Part shown: positions 1 to 12,874 of the stretch, in pieces
Layout: each line of letters begins with the position of its first letter
Numbering within the stretch: position 1 is the stretch's first letter
NCBI GenBank assembly: GCA_002269645.1
Contig: NIVC01003563.1
Span: 1 to 64,000, forward strand
DNA length: 64,000 bases
From: Macrostomum lignano
Taxonomy: Eukaryota
Direction of reading: 5' to 3'
Notes under the pieces: generated by a model
Told to the model about the DNA's origin: nothing
Database searches by the model: none
The model's input: only the letters and a program-made list of their open reading frames with translations
Position numbers and translations under genes: made by a program

Positions 1-458
1 GGAGAATGCAATGCGCAGCTTCAAGTGACTAAATTGTTCGTAGCGCAGGGCGACATTTTCTGCGACAAGTGCTATAACGCTAAATTTAGAGGCAAAATGG
101 GACTCCAGAGGACAACCTCGGCTGACATTAAGAGGCTCGACATTCAAGACGGTAGATTATGCCATCAAAAACATGATTCTCTTTCTGTACGCTCGTATTA
201 TTATAAATTTATGCTATAATTAATTCCTTTCTGAGAAAAAATTGCGACTTTGCGACTTTGCGACTATTAGCTGTCGAAAGTAAAATATTGAAATATTACT
301 TGAAATTCCCACAAGAACTACATGTCCTCAAGAAGGTCAGTTAAGAAATCACAGTGTAAATAATTTTCTGCGAATATACGAGCCTACGAGCGTATAAATT
401 GTGCATAAATAAAATATTATACAGCATACCAGGTAGTTGTTTCCATTTGACAATTTTA

Positions 459-3400
459 GATGCAGAAGAAGTCCGTCTATCGAGTGCTGCATTGAAGGCC
501 AAGGAAATGCTTGCGGAAAAGCACCCCGAATATACGTCCACTGAGTTTCTGAACCTCATAGAGTTGTACTTAAGAGAGAAAAACATTGTTACCTTGGACT
601 CATTAGAAGCTATCGACTATGCACTGGTGAGGAAGCTCGCTGGAGATGAGGAAAGCAACCAAGCCTTGACGGATCTCTTTACTAAGCTGCATAAAATTAT
701 TAGGCCAACCAGTTCTGTCGCATCCAGAAAGAAAATGTTTGAGACGATGACGCAACAAAATCCAAGAGGCGACTCAACACAGTAAAGCCATCGGATCCAG
801 TGCAGAAAGACTCGGATCCGTCGTCGACTACTCAACAATCGCTACCGCTATCCCCAGGACCAATGTCAACGCTTGAAACACCAGCGCCACCTCCTACACC
901 TCCAAAAAGGCAAGACTCGATTCCAGATCGACCAACTATCAATCCGCAGCCAACAACCCCACGAGTTGCGGAACCGAGAAAGCCAATGAAATTTGGATCA
1001 GTTCAAGATACTGTTGAACATCTCGGGCTGAAGTCTTATTATCCAGAGAGAATCTCGCGCAAGGACGTTCTTTTCGTCAGGAGAAGCCAAGACGAGCGCA
1101 GAAATTTGAAGGAAAACTCCGTTGCCTGGCAAGTCATCCGCGCACTCATCAGCTGCGACGCACAGGGGAGAAATTTGGTTCCAGAGACGACGGCAACGGC
1201 TTTACCGAAAAAAATTTCGCTTTTAAACCTCGAGGACGATGATGAAGGCAGCTCTGAGAATGAGCTGAACCCGATGGATATTTTACTTGCGAGCTACCTC
1301 TGCTGTGACAAAGAGGTGCAACAGATGCTCTGCAAAGTTCTGTTTGCTTGCAAGCTGGCTTTCCCATTCATCTATTCAACTGTTGGAAAGCCGCTGGTTA
1401 TGAACAGCTGGGGTCTGAAAGACATTGTAGTTCAGTTCATGAACGAAAATGGCCAGTACATAGAGACCAGCCTGCTATCAGATTATCATTTTCGCGGTGG
1501 TATCATTTGTGAGGATTGGAGATTTGCCTGTGTCCAAGTCCAAATTGCTGAACTCCCTACTCAATGGCAGCAGTCATGAGACGTTCTTCCACAGAGACTG
1601 CACCAACGGCCACGCGCGCAGAGTCTGCAGCAACGGACTCGTTGAGGCCACCGTATTTCTGCCGTCCAGAAGCATTAAACTGACTCGAGCCTTCTTGGCA
1701 ACAAACCTCAGAGGTGACTTGCTAGATTTTCCAGACAAATCTCAGGTTTTAACTTCGGCCTCCAAAGTTGTAGTTGTATTTGTGGAAGTCAGCACCCTTT
1801 CACAGCCCGAGTGCTTTAGCCAGCTTCAAAGCATGTCAAAAATGAAGGAATTAGAAGTGATAGTGGTTCTCTACAGATCTCAAACACTCACAAATCCGTT
1901 GAGTAGCGAGTCGATGAGCATCCTTAAATCATTTTCCTGCGTTGACACAAAGAAAGGAAGACCAGAGCGTGAAATAGTTGGCGAAATCCAACAAACACTG
2001 TCAGAGTCATTGGCAAAGGTTGGTATAGAGCAGAAATCTAATGGAGAAATCAAAGTTTACATTGATGACGGATGTCTCGTTTCTCAGGCAAGCCAGCTTT
2101 GCAGCTCTATCTTTGGAGAAGTATCGAAATGTGGAATCATGAACTTAAATAAAAAGCATCTTCCTTTGCAAAAAAAATGGATGGACTACAGTCGCCACTA
2201 CAAAGAGAAAACTCTTCTAAGGCAACAGATGAAGACAAGTTGGAAGCTCAGCATCAGCGTCTCAATGCCAGACGCCAGCAAATCGCTCAGTGCCATCAAC
2301 TCAGTCCCATTATGGAGGAGTTTCTTACCACACTGACAAAGATAGCCGACAATGAGCTTCTGGTTAAGCTTTGGCTTCAGTGCATTCGATCTTTCTTTGA
2401 CAATTCTTCCAGAGAGCATTTGCCAAGGCTTAGAAAAATGCAGCAGGAATTGCGGCAGCGTAAAGAAACTGCGGATGAATCATCCCAGACCGCAATAGAT
2501 GATCAGCTCAACGAACTTGACCATAAAATACTGCTTGCTTCAATTGGCCTCGAAAACATATTCAGAGAGGCGGGCCAAGTCTACGAGGCCATTTTAGCTG
2601 CCTCTTCAGAAAGTACAAAGACTTTCCGAGCGCTTGACATCAATCTGTTTCCACACGTGATGGCCAAACTCTTGCTGTGCGGAGTTCCTCTAGAGATTCT
2701 CGACGGCGACGCTGGAAACATCCCGTCTGCCTGGATCTCAGCTATCCTCAAGAGCTGCCAGGAGCTGGTCGGCGACAAGAAGATCTACGTAATCTCCGTG
2801 CTCGGTCTGCAGAGCTCAGGCAAGTCCACTCTGCTCAACACCATGTTCGGACTGAAGTTCGCAGTGAGCGCAGGCCGCTGTACTCGAGGCGCATTTCTGC
2901 AGCTGGTTCCGGTGGAGTCAGGAATGCCGTTCGACTATGTCGCTGTGCTCGACACCGAGGGTCTGAGAGCTCCGGAGCTGGGTCTGGACAAACATCACCA
3001 TGACAACGAGCTAGCTACATTGGTCATCGGACTTGGAGACGTGACTATCATCAACATCAAAGGAGAGAACGCTGCGGAGATGAATGAGATTTTACAGATC
3101 GCGATTCACGCCTTCATCAGGATGAAGATGGCAAACAAAGATCGAGATCTGCACAGACACTGCATCTTCATACACCAGAATGTAGCAGCGGCTGGAGCAA
3201 AAGAGATGATGCAGCAAGCGACATTCAAGATACAACAGAAACTCGACAAAATGACGAAGGAAGCTGCAGAAGAAGAAGGTCTCAATGATGTGAAGCGTTT
3301 AGGAGACATTCTGCAGTTCAACAGAGACACCGATATATTCTTCATGTCAGATCTGCTACAGAGCGACCCACCCATGGGTCCAGTAAATCCGGGCTACTCG

Positions 3401-5752
3401 ATGGGTGTTCAGGACGTTAAACAGCACCTTTTACACATTTTTGATAAAGAACAGAAGAGCTATCTGGGATTCAGCGACTTTTCTCATCGAGTAAATGATC
3501 TGTGGAAGGCAATACTGTCTGAGGACTTTGTGTTCAGCTTTAAAAGCAGTGTCGAGCTCAAGGCATATAACCTTTTGGAGAATAAATTTCTCGAAGTGAC
3601 AAATCACATTGAAGAGTTGAGCGAAGACTGGCTTCATAAATCAGCAGCGATTCCTGTTAGGAAATGCGAAACTGTCGATGCTGTCGCGGATGTGCAGCAG
3701 AGGGCGATAAGTGAGCTTCGTGCTATGCTTGAAACTTGGCAGCGGGAAGGTCTAAAGTCCTTAAACCAATTTTTGGATGAAAACCAGTACAGTGAGTACA
3801 CGATACAATGGAAGGAGCGAAAGTTAGTGTCTTTAAGGGATTGTGTGAAAAGTCTTGAGCAGTCACTTCGGCAGAAGCTCCAAGTCTTGTGCGACGGGCA
3901 AAAAGTTGAGCTTCAGCAAGGTTCACGGACGGTGGAGTGGGAGTCGAGGATCATAAGACGGGCCACCGAACTTGCACCCACGCTAAGGAGCAGTCCAAAG
4001 GAAAAAATTCTGCAGGAATTCGAAGCTCTGTGGCAGGAGTTCACGCAGCAGCTGCCATCTGAGAGAACGGTTGACTTGAGACTTGTTGAGATTCAAGTGG
4101 TGGATCAACTGCGAGAGATCTACTATAATGAGTTAGAAAAAGTACGCTCATTTTTGGATCAAATTCCATTAAAGAGACAATCAGCGGTTCAAAGTGACAG
4201 CTTACTTGAAATTCTGTTTCCCAAAGGAGACACTGTTACGCTTATTATATCAAAACGATCAATGAAAGACAAATTCATTAGTATTTTTACCAGTCAGCTA
4301 GAAAAAGAAGAGCGTAATCTAGTAGTAGACGTTGTATCTGACATTCTCAAGGCCGTTAAAAGTCTTTGCGAGGATATGAAAGGGGAGTCAAGTGGATTTT
4401 CAAAGGTCCATGTTAAGCGGATACAAAAATGCGTGCGTGATGCAATAAACTCCTCTATCGGACTATCAAGCAATCATATCCGCACAACACCTGCATTCGA
4501 AATCAAGGTAGTGATTCTCGCCCTCAGCACTGCATACCCAATATTTGAGCAGATTACGCGGAATTTTCACGAAGCCAACAGCATCAAAACAAAGCTGGCG
4601 GATACGAAGACAAAAATGTTGAATTTGTTTAGAAACATTGTTCAACAGCAGGCGGAAGCCAAGATTGTGGCTGATTTCATTTGTGACCATCTGGACTCGG
4701 TGATGAAACAGGCTTTCCAGGAAAGAATGGCAGGTAAATTGAGAGGAGTAATGCTGAACGAGATCGGCAGGGGAAAATACCAGCTCATTGTTCGCATGCT
4801 AACCGACATGGCACAGCAAGATGACGCAGAATCGATCCTTGAATACGTGAGAGATTCCCATACTACTGCTCTGAAATGGCTGACGCAGTTCATTAACCGT
4901 CAGCTGTTTCAGAGAACAACGGATGGCAATACTGTATTTTCAGGCCATCTCGAGTCATCGCTCATTGCGCCGATAATTGCGGTCACTGAAAAAGCTGCAA
5001 GAGTGGCGGCAACTCGGTGCACCTCGCTGAAAGTTTGGGTCGATAAATTCTGTAAGGAGGCCGAAAAAGAGCTCGCCGTGCTTCCTAGAAATTTGCAGCA
5101 TGTTTGCACTTTCGAATCTACTGTAAAAGTGGAAGATATGCTGAAGCACCTTTTAGGCGGCCTGGGCGACCTCAAGTCCTCACTGGTAAAGCACTTCGCT
5201 AGTATGGACGAGTCAACAGTCAAATGGCATGGAGACTCCACTCTCTACTCCGATGTGCTTCAGAGCCTCTGGGGCTGCAAAGAACACTGCCCCTTCTGTA
5301 GCGAGCCGTGCTGCAAGTCTCAGGAAAATCACTACGAAAAAGATGGCAGCCCACATGGCTGCATTCAGCACAGACCACCTGGAGTTGAAGGTGTGTATTA
5401 TATTGGAATTGACCAGTTAACATTCAAAAATTGTGAATTTCTCGCAAGTAGCGGTGACAGATTTTCATGTGGTTTTTGCAAACGAAAAGGTAAGCAGACG
5501 CCAAACTGTCAAGGTGCCGACAGCGAACAAGAAGTGTATCACCCTTACAAAGAGTACAAAAAGTACTTTCCAGAGTGGGAGATTGATCCCGACGCAGGAA
5601 ACGATTCGGCAAAGTTCTGGCACTGGTTCTCGTGGACATTTAAGTATAAGCTGCTGGTTAAGCATCGAAAAGGAATCAAAGAGTTGCCTCCAACCTGGGC
5701 TCTGGTTTCCAAGAAGGAGGCGATCGACAGTCTGCGCTTCTTGTTGGATTGA
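459..5752 (+). CDS. GVIN1: Interferon-induced very large GTPase (GVIN/VLIG family), about 1,760 aa when reconstructed across three 1-nt frameshifts; 5' exon(s) not resolved
   Basis: P-loop GLQSSGKS, GRCTRG and DTEG (G3) motifs; VLIG-type ELATLVIGLGDVTIINI; C-terminal GCKEHCPFCSEPC...HRPPG. Upstream ORFs 800-1579 (NPMDILLASYLCCD...LAFP) and 1497-2336 (VSFVRIG...SKSKLLN) continue the family pattern in shifted frames. Acceptor ttttAG precedes 459. Frameshifts at ~743-782 (-1), ~1490 (+1) and ~2200-2222 (-1). Confidence 0.88.
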
Positions 5753-8700
5753 GTCGCTCGTTACTTGCGTTGAACCTGAAGGCATGAACTGTGTTTAATC
5801 GCAACCTACATCGATTGGAGTTAATGCTGATTGACAATCTGTGTGTGTGTGTTCTTTTACTGCATGCCGAACAGTAAAACTTTTATAAATCTATATTTTC
5901 TCAAAGGATCAGTTAAGCTATACAAATGAGGGAGGAAAATTTTATGAAATTGAAGGAATGCTTAAACGATCACGTAGCAAGACTATATAGCTACTCTGAG
6001 ATTCCGAAGTTCATTTTTAAACAGCGAAACAAAGTAGATCATGCATCTTGGCAGATTCTAAAAATTGTGGTTTGGAAGTAGCTAATACGTGTGTGCAGTT
6101 TTACAAACTCCTACATTTCGCAATCAACTAATCCAAACTTTTAAAAGAACTGCCAGGAGTGATAAATGACTCGTTCTAAACATTTTCAGTCGATAAATAA
6201 TTAGCTATTTTCTATTAAATTAAATAGCTAATTTAAAAATTCCATTAAACATAAATGATTTTTATAAAATTGTGTTTGCCAAGCTTTACCGGCTAAATTT
6301 TATTTGATTCTGACAATTTTAAACTTAATAATGTCTTCCTAATCATTGTAACGTACTTTATGTTAATGATGCTCACATACATTATCATGCGGCATCGTTT
6401 TGATTTTTAACTCAAAATTTAATACCAGCTAACTTTGAAGCTCTGTTTCCAATATTTTTAATCCAGTCTGGTTCGTTCAATGTTAAGTTAGATTAGTTCA
6501 GTCCGAAAAAATCATGTGACTAGGCGAAAAATAATCTAATTTGTTTCCTACGATGGTTTTAATCATTCTGTTTGAATGATTAAAAATTTCTGGTTTAAAG
6601 ATAATTGTTGTTAATAAGTGACTAAATAAAATCAATTTAAGGACCTACGTAATTTTTAGAGAGGAGATATTATTATATCATTATTTTTCCAACTCTCAGC
6701 AGATTTTTTCATCTGAATTAAGTTCAGTTATACAATATGATTTGTGGCAAATTATCTAGATTTAAATTGCTATATATAGATATTTAATCCCGCTTTTCTG
6801 TATGGAAAATCTGAGCTAGCTATATCACTTTTTCCTATAACCATTCCTATAACCTAACCTTTTCCTATAACGTTTATCCAAGCGACAAAACTTGTCTTAC
6901 GTTATAGTTAACGTTATATAAATATTTTAAAATAAACTTTGAAATAAAAATATTCTAGAGGTTTAGAGGTTTGATATGTACCAAATTTTTTATTGGTATT
7001 TTCTGTTACAATTTGAGTGTGTGATTTTGTTTTTACAAATATTATAGAGCCAACTGAAACTTTTGCTGTCATTTCCAATCAAAGTAATTTAATTTGATAC
7101 GACAGTTTTTTGTTTCAAAAATAAAAAATGACCTATAATTAGCTTATTCTTCAATTTATTCGAGAATGTTACGCAAAAGTACTACATGTAATTAAATGTG
7201 TGTTTGTCTCTGTAATTTGGAATTTTTAGGTAGTAAGGTACAATTAAAGTAGAAGGACACTTAAAAAATTTTATTGTTTATTGTTTATTGTTTTCAGTGT
7301 GACGAATTAAATCTAGCGCAGCGTACAGACGGGCGACACTCAAGAACGAACAGAACAGCATGTATGTAGTCCAAGAAAGCGATATACAATATTTAGCTTT
7401 AAGCATAATTTGCTAATGCTGGGTTGGCCAAATTTTTTAGTATTCTAGCGACGAAAAAACAAGTTATTAATAATGGATCAAAACGTTATGGATGTTAGCA
7501 ACGAATTATGATTTGTTGAAGGTTACTTGGGCGCTAAGCAATATTGACAATTAGAAACTATGACTACTAGAAACTTATTACTTGCCGATATATAAAAGCC
7601 GATGCTAAAATATACACAGAAGTTATACAAGAAAGAATAAATTTACGTATTAGTCTACTGACAGTAAAAACTATGACATTCACAAATAAGTCAACCCTAG
7701 GTCACACCGGAACCCCCTTAGCCTTTTCACCGTATATTTTTTAAGTTTACTGCTGCCTACCAGTATCTGTCATTCTGGATTAGTAGAAAAGTAAAATACA
7801 TAAATTTTATCATAAAAACGAGCCTATAATGTGCATATGTCTGCTATGGCAAATTTGTGTACATCACCTTCCAACTACATGTACAGCTTACTTTTAAATA
7901 TCTTCTCTTTTATTGGCGGGTTTTCATTTTTATTTATTGCTACTAATTATAGCAGATTTGGTAGAAAGTCATTCTCTGCCTTTAAGATTTCCCCTTTTTC
8001 TAGTATGATAAATAACTCTCTACTCTCTTTTCCTCTTGCTCTTGCATTATTCTCAATGTTCGTTTCCTTTATTTGCAACTGATGAGGCTCTTTCAGTTAA
8101 ATTTCCCGCCAAAATACGCGGAGTACCTTATAAGAAGCCAATTTGTTTTAACACTCTGCTCCTCACCCTCTTTTTTGACTAGTGTAGCTAAATATAGCCC
8201 AAAAGTTTGGCGCCCACAACGCTTTGTGAACTGCCCCTGCAGTCTCTCAGAAAAGGGTCGAATACGAGCGTGTATTCCAAGTTTCTTTCTCGATTATCTG
8301 CAATAATTGTGAAGCGAATGCTTATTGGCTGGACGAAGGAACCAGCTTGTGCAGACGAATAATCTAAGGAGCCAATGGTCGGAGAGGAGAGCAGAGAAGG
8401 AAAGATTTGTCACGTTATTGGCGTAGAGGCTATGACCCTTAGAAGGGCCGTTTTACGAGAGTTGTCGTAAGTCGTAGTCCCAAAATGAATCGAGACAAGT
8501 CTTGATAAGCGGATTGTGTAGCGGAGCACTTGGCATACAAGACAGGTAACTGCCGTAGTTGTTTTATTGTTGAGATCAATATTCAAATTTGGTTAATGTT
8601 AATACAGAACTTATTGTGCTTTTGGGACACTGGCGGCTGCAACAATGGTTTTGAATTGAAGTTGAATTAGAAATTGTAGTCGAGTGGTAGGCGAGTGATG

Positions 8701-9560
8701 CAAGGCGATGCAACGTGGTGAGTAACGGCGATGAGCACAGAAGAGGCAGATGCGTAGTGGTGAGATTGGCGCTAGCCGTGGCAGACAGTGGCAGGCAGTG
8801 TAAACAGGCTGGCCCAGACAGAGGAGCCGTGGCGAGAGATAAGGAGGCTCGAGACAGAGGGCAGGAGAAGGAAAACAAGAGCCGCGAAGTGAGGAGGCCC
8901 CCAGCCCGCCGCCAGGCGGGGGTTAATAAAGAGCGCAAAAGGGGGTAGCGTAAAACACGGAGAGTTTTCATTGGCTGGCGAGAGAACTTGAAGTTATCGA
9001 TCGTGCCAAAATTCACAGACGAGCGCAAGGCCTACCAAATACACAGTGAATTAGCAGTTGGTACAGATTATTTGCACGCTACTATAAGTAAACGTTAAAA
9101 TAAACGATTGGAGAAATTAAAATGAGAAATTGCAAGGGAAACTATAGTCCAACGGCCCTTTTGCGGGACCACTTAAACTAGCAACGTCACAGATTCTTTA
9201 TTCGCCAATTGCAGGGAGAAAATATTTTTACATTCTTGTTAAAAATTGATCAGACTTGCCAGTGTCGAGTCGTAGATGGAAATTTATAGCCAATCCTAAT
9301 ATATAACGGAGAGTTGGGGTAACAAAAACCGGACAACCGCGATTCAGTGGAAACACCGCTACAGGACTCAGGACCATCAGAGTAGTAACATCATGTGTCT
9401 TGCCGCAACGCTGTACGCTACTGGGACATTCCGTGCTTTACGTGAAAGTCCACTCAATCTTAAAGTAACAGTTAAATTCTAGGGGATAGATATACTGTGA
9501 CGATTCACTCGTAGCTTCTTGGAGAAGGACCAGAACCAGAGGACCCTGGGACACTACTCG

Positions 9561-9563
<3 letters not shown>

Positions 9564-9592
<29 letters not shown>

Positions 9593-9604
9593 CGTATATA
9601 TATA
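9564..9604. repeat. (TA)n microsatellite
   Basis: Direct reading; one CG interruption. Confidence 0.95.
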
Positions 9605-10087
9605 CGGGTGTGGTAGCTACACTCAACATGTCTCTTCCCTGCTGCAATACCCTCATTGTCTACTCTGCGATCGCTATTGGTGCCGGCCGTCTACAGATTT
9701 TGGTCCAGTTTTAGACCGGCGTAAATTAGCGTCTGATCTTTTTCGACCATTTGCGTCCCATCCAGCTGGGGACCTGTTACATGTATGAATATAATGTCTG
9801 CAGCATCATCAAGGCTTCAGCATCAGCAGCGCACAACTTTATCCATGGATAGTTCGCCATCAAGAAAAGAAAGAAAAAAGAAATAGTCTCTTTCTCACTC
9901 TCTCTCTTAATCTGTACTTCTGTCTGTGCTATTATGCTAATTTGCTTCGAAGTTTTTGGCTCTGAAAATTCCCATCTAGTTTGAACGTACTGTAACGTGG
10001 ATTTAATTATTTTAAGAAGCAGTGTATTGTGTATTTATTTTTATGTATTTTTAGTTGCATTAAATTTTGCTATTTCGGTATGTATAT

Positions 10088-10299
10088 GGGGTCTGAGAAT
10101 TTCCCGCAGGAATTTTTCCCGCCAAGGTTTGCCCGCGCGAGTTTTGCCCGCGCGAGGTTTGCCCGCGCGAGGTTTCCCCGCTGGAAGTTTTCGCGCCGAG
10201 CTTTTCCCGCCGAACTTTTCCCGCCGAGATTTTCCGCGGCGAGGCTTTCCCGCGAGAGTTTTTCCCGTCGAAGTTTCTGCGGGAAATTCTCGTGCTCCC
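10088..10299. mobile_element. 212-bp MITE with an internal 15-bp tandem array
   Basis: Perfect 15-bp inverted repeat GAGAATTTCCCGCAG/CTGCGGGAAATTCTC near the ends, GGG/CCC termini, and an 8-bp direct repeat ATGTATAT at 10080-10087 and 10300-10307. Interior units resemble TTTTCCCGCCGARNN. Superfamily (Mutator-like?) is inferred. Confidence 0.8.
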
Positions 10300-11468
10300 A
10301 TGTATATGTACAATTGATTATTACTTTTGTTTTACTGTATGATTCCAAGAATCTGTTTGGTATTTCAACCGCGGGTAGAATTCAATTTTGTACTCGTCGT
10401 CGCCCGGACCGTCTCGCCCCGCCTCCTGATTGGTCAAAGTAACAAATTGTTATATAAATATACTATAAAATCCATTATACTAAATATATAATTAGCCGTC
10501 TGAACACGAACGAATAGACCGCTACAGTATTACCAGCCGATCAATGTGCTCCAACAAGCAAAAGCTTAGGACACGACCCCAGCCTTAACCAATGAAAAGT
10601 AGGCATGTGCCACCCAAGGATCACTGATTCCAAGGATGCAATCATATATTTTGTGATGAAAAATATTTTTCCTATCTCCGCAGTGTATTTATTTCAGGAA
10701 ATCGACCTCCTAAAATTTACACGATCTTTGAGTTTTATCAAAGGTCTTTGGTACTATCTAAAAGTCTAAATTAGTCCCCAATGCTAAAGACTGAAATTGC
10801 TATGTAAGCCAAGATTAAAACCAAGCAAGAAGTTTTTGTTTCTTCTCCTAGCTAATCCTTAACTTGAACAGATCCGAGCGTAGTACACAAATCTAGCCAA
10901 ACTATTTAGATTCGACAGGTTGATTCATTGAACCTTAATTAAGAATAATCGATCCACCCACAACAGATTAAACTATCAGATCGCCCGAACAATAGAACCT
11001 AATAGCAAAACTCAAGCAAATCGAGTTGAATCTGCAGCCTCAGCTCGCATTTGGCTCTATGCACATCGACAATCGAAGTTATTTTAGAGCCTTAGTAATG
11101 AGAGTCCCTCCAACCCCAAATGGATTTCTATAGGGGGCATTTCTAATCTGAAAGCAGAATGCTTAGAGTACTTATATCAGGGTGTGGAGGAAGATACTCG
11201 TAATTTTTGTTTTTTTGTTGCGACTCAGAACAGCCTTTTAATCTCCACTCCCGATCTGCGCGAGCGAAATCACTTTATAGCTATTTAGCGACCGTTTTTT
11301 AATTCCCAAAAAGTTTCTGCAAGGATGTGCTAACATTCATTTAAATGCAGTGTGACGAATAAATTACGTGGATCTGTCCCTTTTCACTATCGTTACAATT
11401 CAAATTCATGTACCCTCAAAGTCACTTCCTTCCTCATTCCCTCTCAGCATCCCAATCAGTATTAGCAC

Positions 11469-11636
11469 CCTCAGCATCGTTCCCCTCAGCGTCACTCCCC
11501 TCAGCATCACTCCCCTCAGCATCACTCCCCCTCAGCATCACTCCCCTCAGCATCACTCCCCTCAGCATCACTCCCCCTCAGCATCATTCCGCCTCAGCAT
11601 CACTCCCCTCAGCATCACTCCCCCTCAGTATCACTC
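11469..11636. repeat. 15/16-bp minisatellite (CTCAGCATCACTCCC)n
   Basis: About 11 tandem copies read directly. Confidence 0.92.
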
Positions 11637-11659
11637 TAACCGAGCTTATCAACAATCAC

Positions 11660-11852
11660 AAGACACTCAACTCTGCATTGCTTCAGTTAACCACAGCTGT
11701 AAAATGGGTGCCAGCATTAGCTGGGGTAATTGAGGGTGTGGCCACCCTCCCAGTCCTTGGACTGAACAGCCGTACGCAGCCTTCAGATGCGCTGAGCTGT
11801 CGGTTGCACATCTGCCCATTAGGGCAGGCGTAATCAATTATTATTATTAATA
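11660..11852 (+). mobile_element. Possible 3' end of a LINE/SINE
   Basis: GC-richer tract ending ...CATCTGCCCATTAGGGCAGGCGTAATCA followed by an (ATT)n tail; no ORF or TSD found. Confidence 0.3.
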
Positions 11853-12004
11853 TTATTTTTTGGAGTCAGAAAGTATAACAAAACCAAATATTCTCAGTGC
11901 AACGTAATAATATACGAGTGTTTAATAAAAGCCATGAACGAAGCAAGCTGGCGCAAATAATATTCTAGACAGCTGTTTGTTTAGGTCATCAATATAACAT
12001 AAAC

Positions 12005-12097
12005 ATTACTTTTTGCGGGGCATCAATGTAGAATTTTGTGAGGGCGCTACGCGCTACGCGCCCTAAAAATTCTACATTGATGCCCGCAAAAAGTAAT
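12005..12097. repeat. 93-bp palindrome sharing a terminal motif with the adjacent Crypton
   Basis: ATTACTTTTTGCGGGGCATCAATGTAGAATTTT...AGGGCG pairs with CGCCCT...AAAATTCTACATTGATGCCCGCAAAAAGTAAT. Confidence 0.88.
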
Positions 12098-12101
12098 ATT
12101 T

Positions 12102-12874
12102 ATATACCTTTTCCACTCCAAGTCTGTCACAAGTAACTTCAAATCTGCCGTAGATAGCAGAAAGGCATACATTCAGCTCGCAAGCCGAGCGCCAACTTAA
12201 TAGGCTATGGTTAAAGCTCAGATCAATTCTGTCAAAAGTAATTTCAAATCTGTCCACTGAACAGATAACGAAACAAAGGTTTATTTTGAACAGTGCTCTC
12301 AAATTAAAGCAACAAATTCTGTAATTCACTATGCTAACATGTCTGCTACAGTCAATCAGTTGCATAGATATTTCAAACAAAAATATCGCGACGATCCAAG
12401 CAGGCCTGTCCGTAACTCAACGTGTGCAGGTGCCATCGTAGGCAGTGGCAGTCCCGTCCAGTGTTGTAGCTGTTAACCAGGCGCTGCCTGTCTATTAAGC
12501 ATATTCTTGCATAGGGCATGGTGGGTAAGGCAAGAAAAAATTGTTGTGAACTCGCGTTGCTGTCAACATATATATCTCTGACAGATTTGAACTTACTTGT
12601 GACAGAATTTATATATAAGATTGCCATAGACGAATAAGTTTCACTGTTAAAATCTGGGTCTGTCTATAAAGAAGTTTTCTAGTCTTTACTGCTTTGGTTC
12701 CAACTCCCTATCTGTTCAGTGGACAGATTTGAAATTACTTTTGACAGAATTGATCTGAGCTTTAACCATAGACTCTTAAGTTGGCGCTCGGCTTGCGAGC
12801 TGAATGTATGCCTTTCTGCTATCTACGGCAGATTTGAAGTTACTTGTGACAGACTTGGAGTGGAAAAGGTATAT
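12102..12874. mobile_element. Foldback element / MITE with ~165-bp near-perfect inverted arms
   Basis: 12102-12267 is the reverse complement of 12709-12874 with only a few mismatches; no coding content. Confidence 0.8.

Noticed and set aside
782-805. GT..AG micro-intron bridging the first GVIN frameshift
   Set aside because: Neither candidate AG (19-nt or 24-nt intron) gives the required phase.
2168-2178. A AAA AAA slippery heptamer as a programmed -1 frameshift site in GVIN
   Set aside because: Family-like residues (W..YS..YKE) continue in the original frame past this site, so the shift seems to lie ~30-40 nt later; no downstream stimulatory structure was noticed.
7790-9030. Degenerate LINE ORF1 or gene 5' end on the minus strand (150-aa ORF 8576-9028)
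   Set aside because: No recognisable motif; the peptide is low-complexity and cannot be assigned without a search.
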